From NCBI RefSeq assembly GCF_963921235.1, contig NC_086097.1:87608001-87672000 (forward strand): DNA of 64,000 nt, given 5' to 3'. The notes under the pieces were generated by a model. The model was not told the origin of the DNA and did no database searches. It saw only the letters and a program-made list of their open reading frames with translations. Source of the DNA: Mobula hypostoma (lineage: Eukaryota). Below, in pieces: positions 63,548 to 64,000 of this stretch. A program made the position numbers and the translations under genes. Each line of letters opens with the position of its first letter. Positions within the stretch are counted from its first letter, which is position 1.

Positions 63548-64000
63548 TCTCCCTTGAGACTGTAGTGGTGAGCCACTGTCTTGACCTATTTAACTCCTCC
63601 TTGTGAAAGTAGTCCCACAATGATATTGGGAAGAGAGTTTGAAGATTTAGATCCAACAATGATGAAAAATCATATTATATTTCCAAATTGCAATCATCTT
63701 TGACTTGGAAGGGATTCTGCAACTGGTTTCAATGCACTTGCTCCTGCTGTTCTCATCTTTGATTATGGAATTTGAAGTAGTCAAGGCAAATAACTGTAGT
63801 TCATTATGTAGATAGTACGTACTGGAGCTGGTGGCGGAGGGAATGAATATCAAGGCTGATCAATAGGGGGCTGATCAAAGGGCTGATTTGTTCTGGGTAA
63901 TGTCAGAACTCATGGGCATTGTTGGAGATGTATTTACCAAAGCAAGTGGACAGCCTACTATCAAACTTCAAACTTCTGACATGCCTTGTAGCTGGTGGTT
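63548..64000 (-). mobile_element. Old CR1/L2-group LINE 3' fragment running off the window
   Basis: Reverse-complement similarity to 30395-30825 (cccttgag...ggtgagccactgtcttga; atttccaaatt...gacttggaagggattctgca). Confidence 0.5.

Overview
Eukaryotic, repeat-rich, non-coding vertebrate DNA. The repeat families (Rex1/Babar and CR1 LINE fragments, V-SINE/HE1-like and Deu-type SINEs, many Penelope-derived palindromic tails) suggest a cartilaginous fish, probably a ray; this is inferred from repeat content only. I found no host protein-coding exon, rRNA, tRNA gene or CRISPR array. Every ORF with recognisable homology is transposon-derived. One well-formed but apparently non-coding 86-nt exon candidate (7284-7369, +) suggests the window is a large intron near the 5' end of a gene. 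Best-defined elements: a complete Tc1 DD34E transposon one stop codon from intact (19884-21484); a hAT-like element with an apparent 6-bp TSD (3886-5346); Charlie-type hAT, Harbinger and Tigger deletion derivatives with TIRs and TSDs; young tRNA-SINEs with TSDs; and short TSD-flanked Penelope-derived elements carrying minimal hammerhead ribozyme cores. I cannot support a claim of a wholly new biological system. The best leads are the hammerhead-bearing mini-elements, the 6-bp-TSD hAT, the near-intact Tc1 and the orphan exon. Family names come from recognition by eye, not database searches. Boundaries of degraded repeats are approximate (about 20-50 bp).
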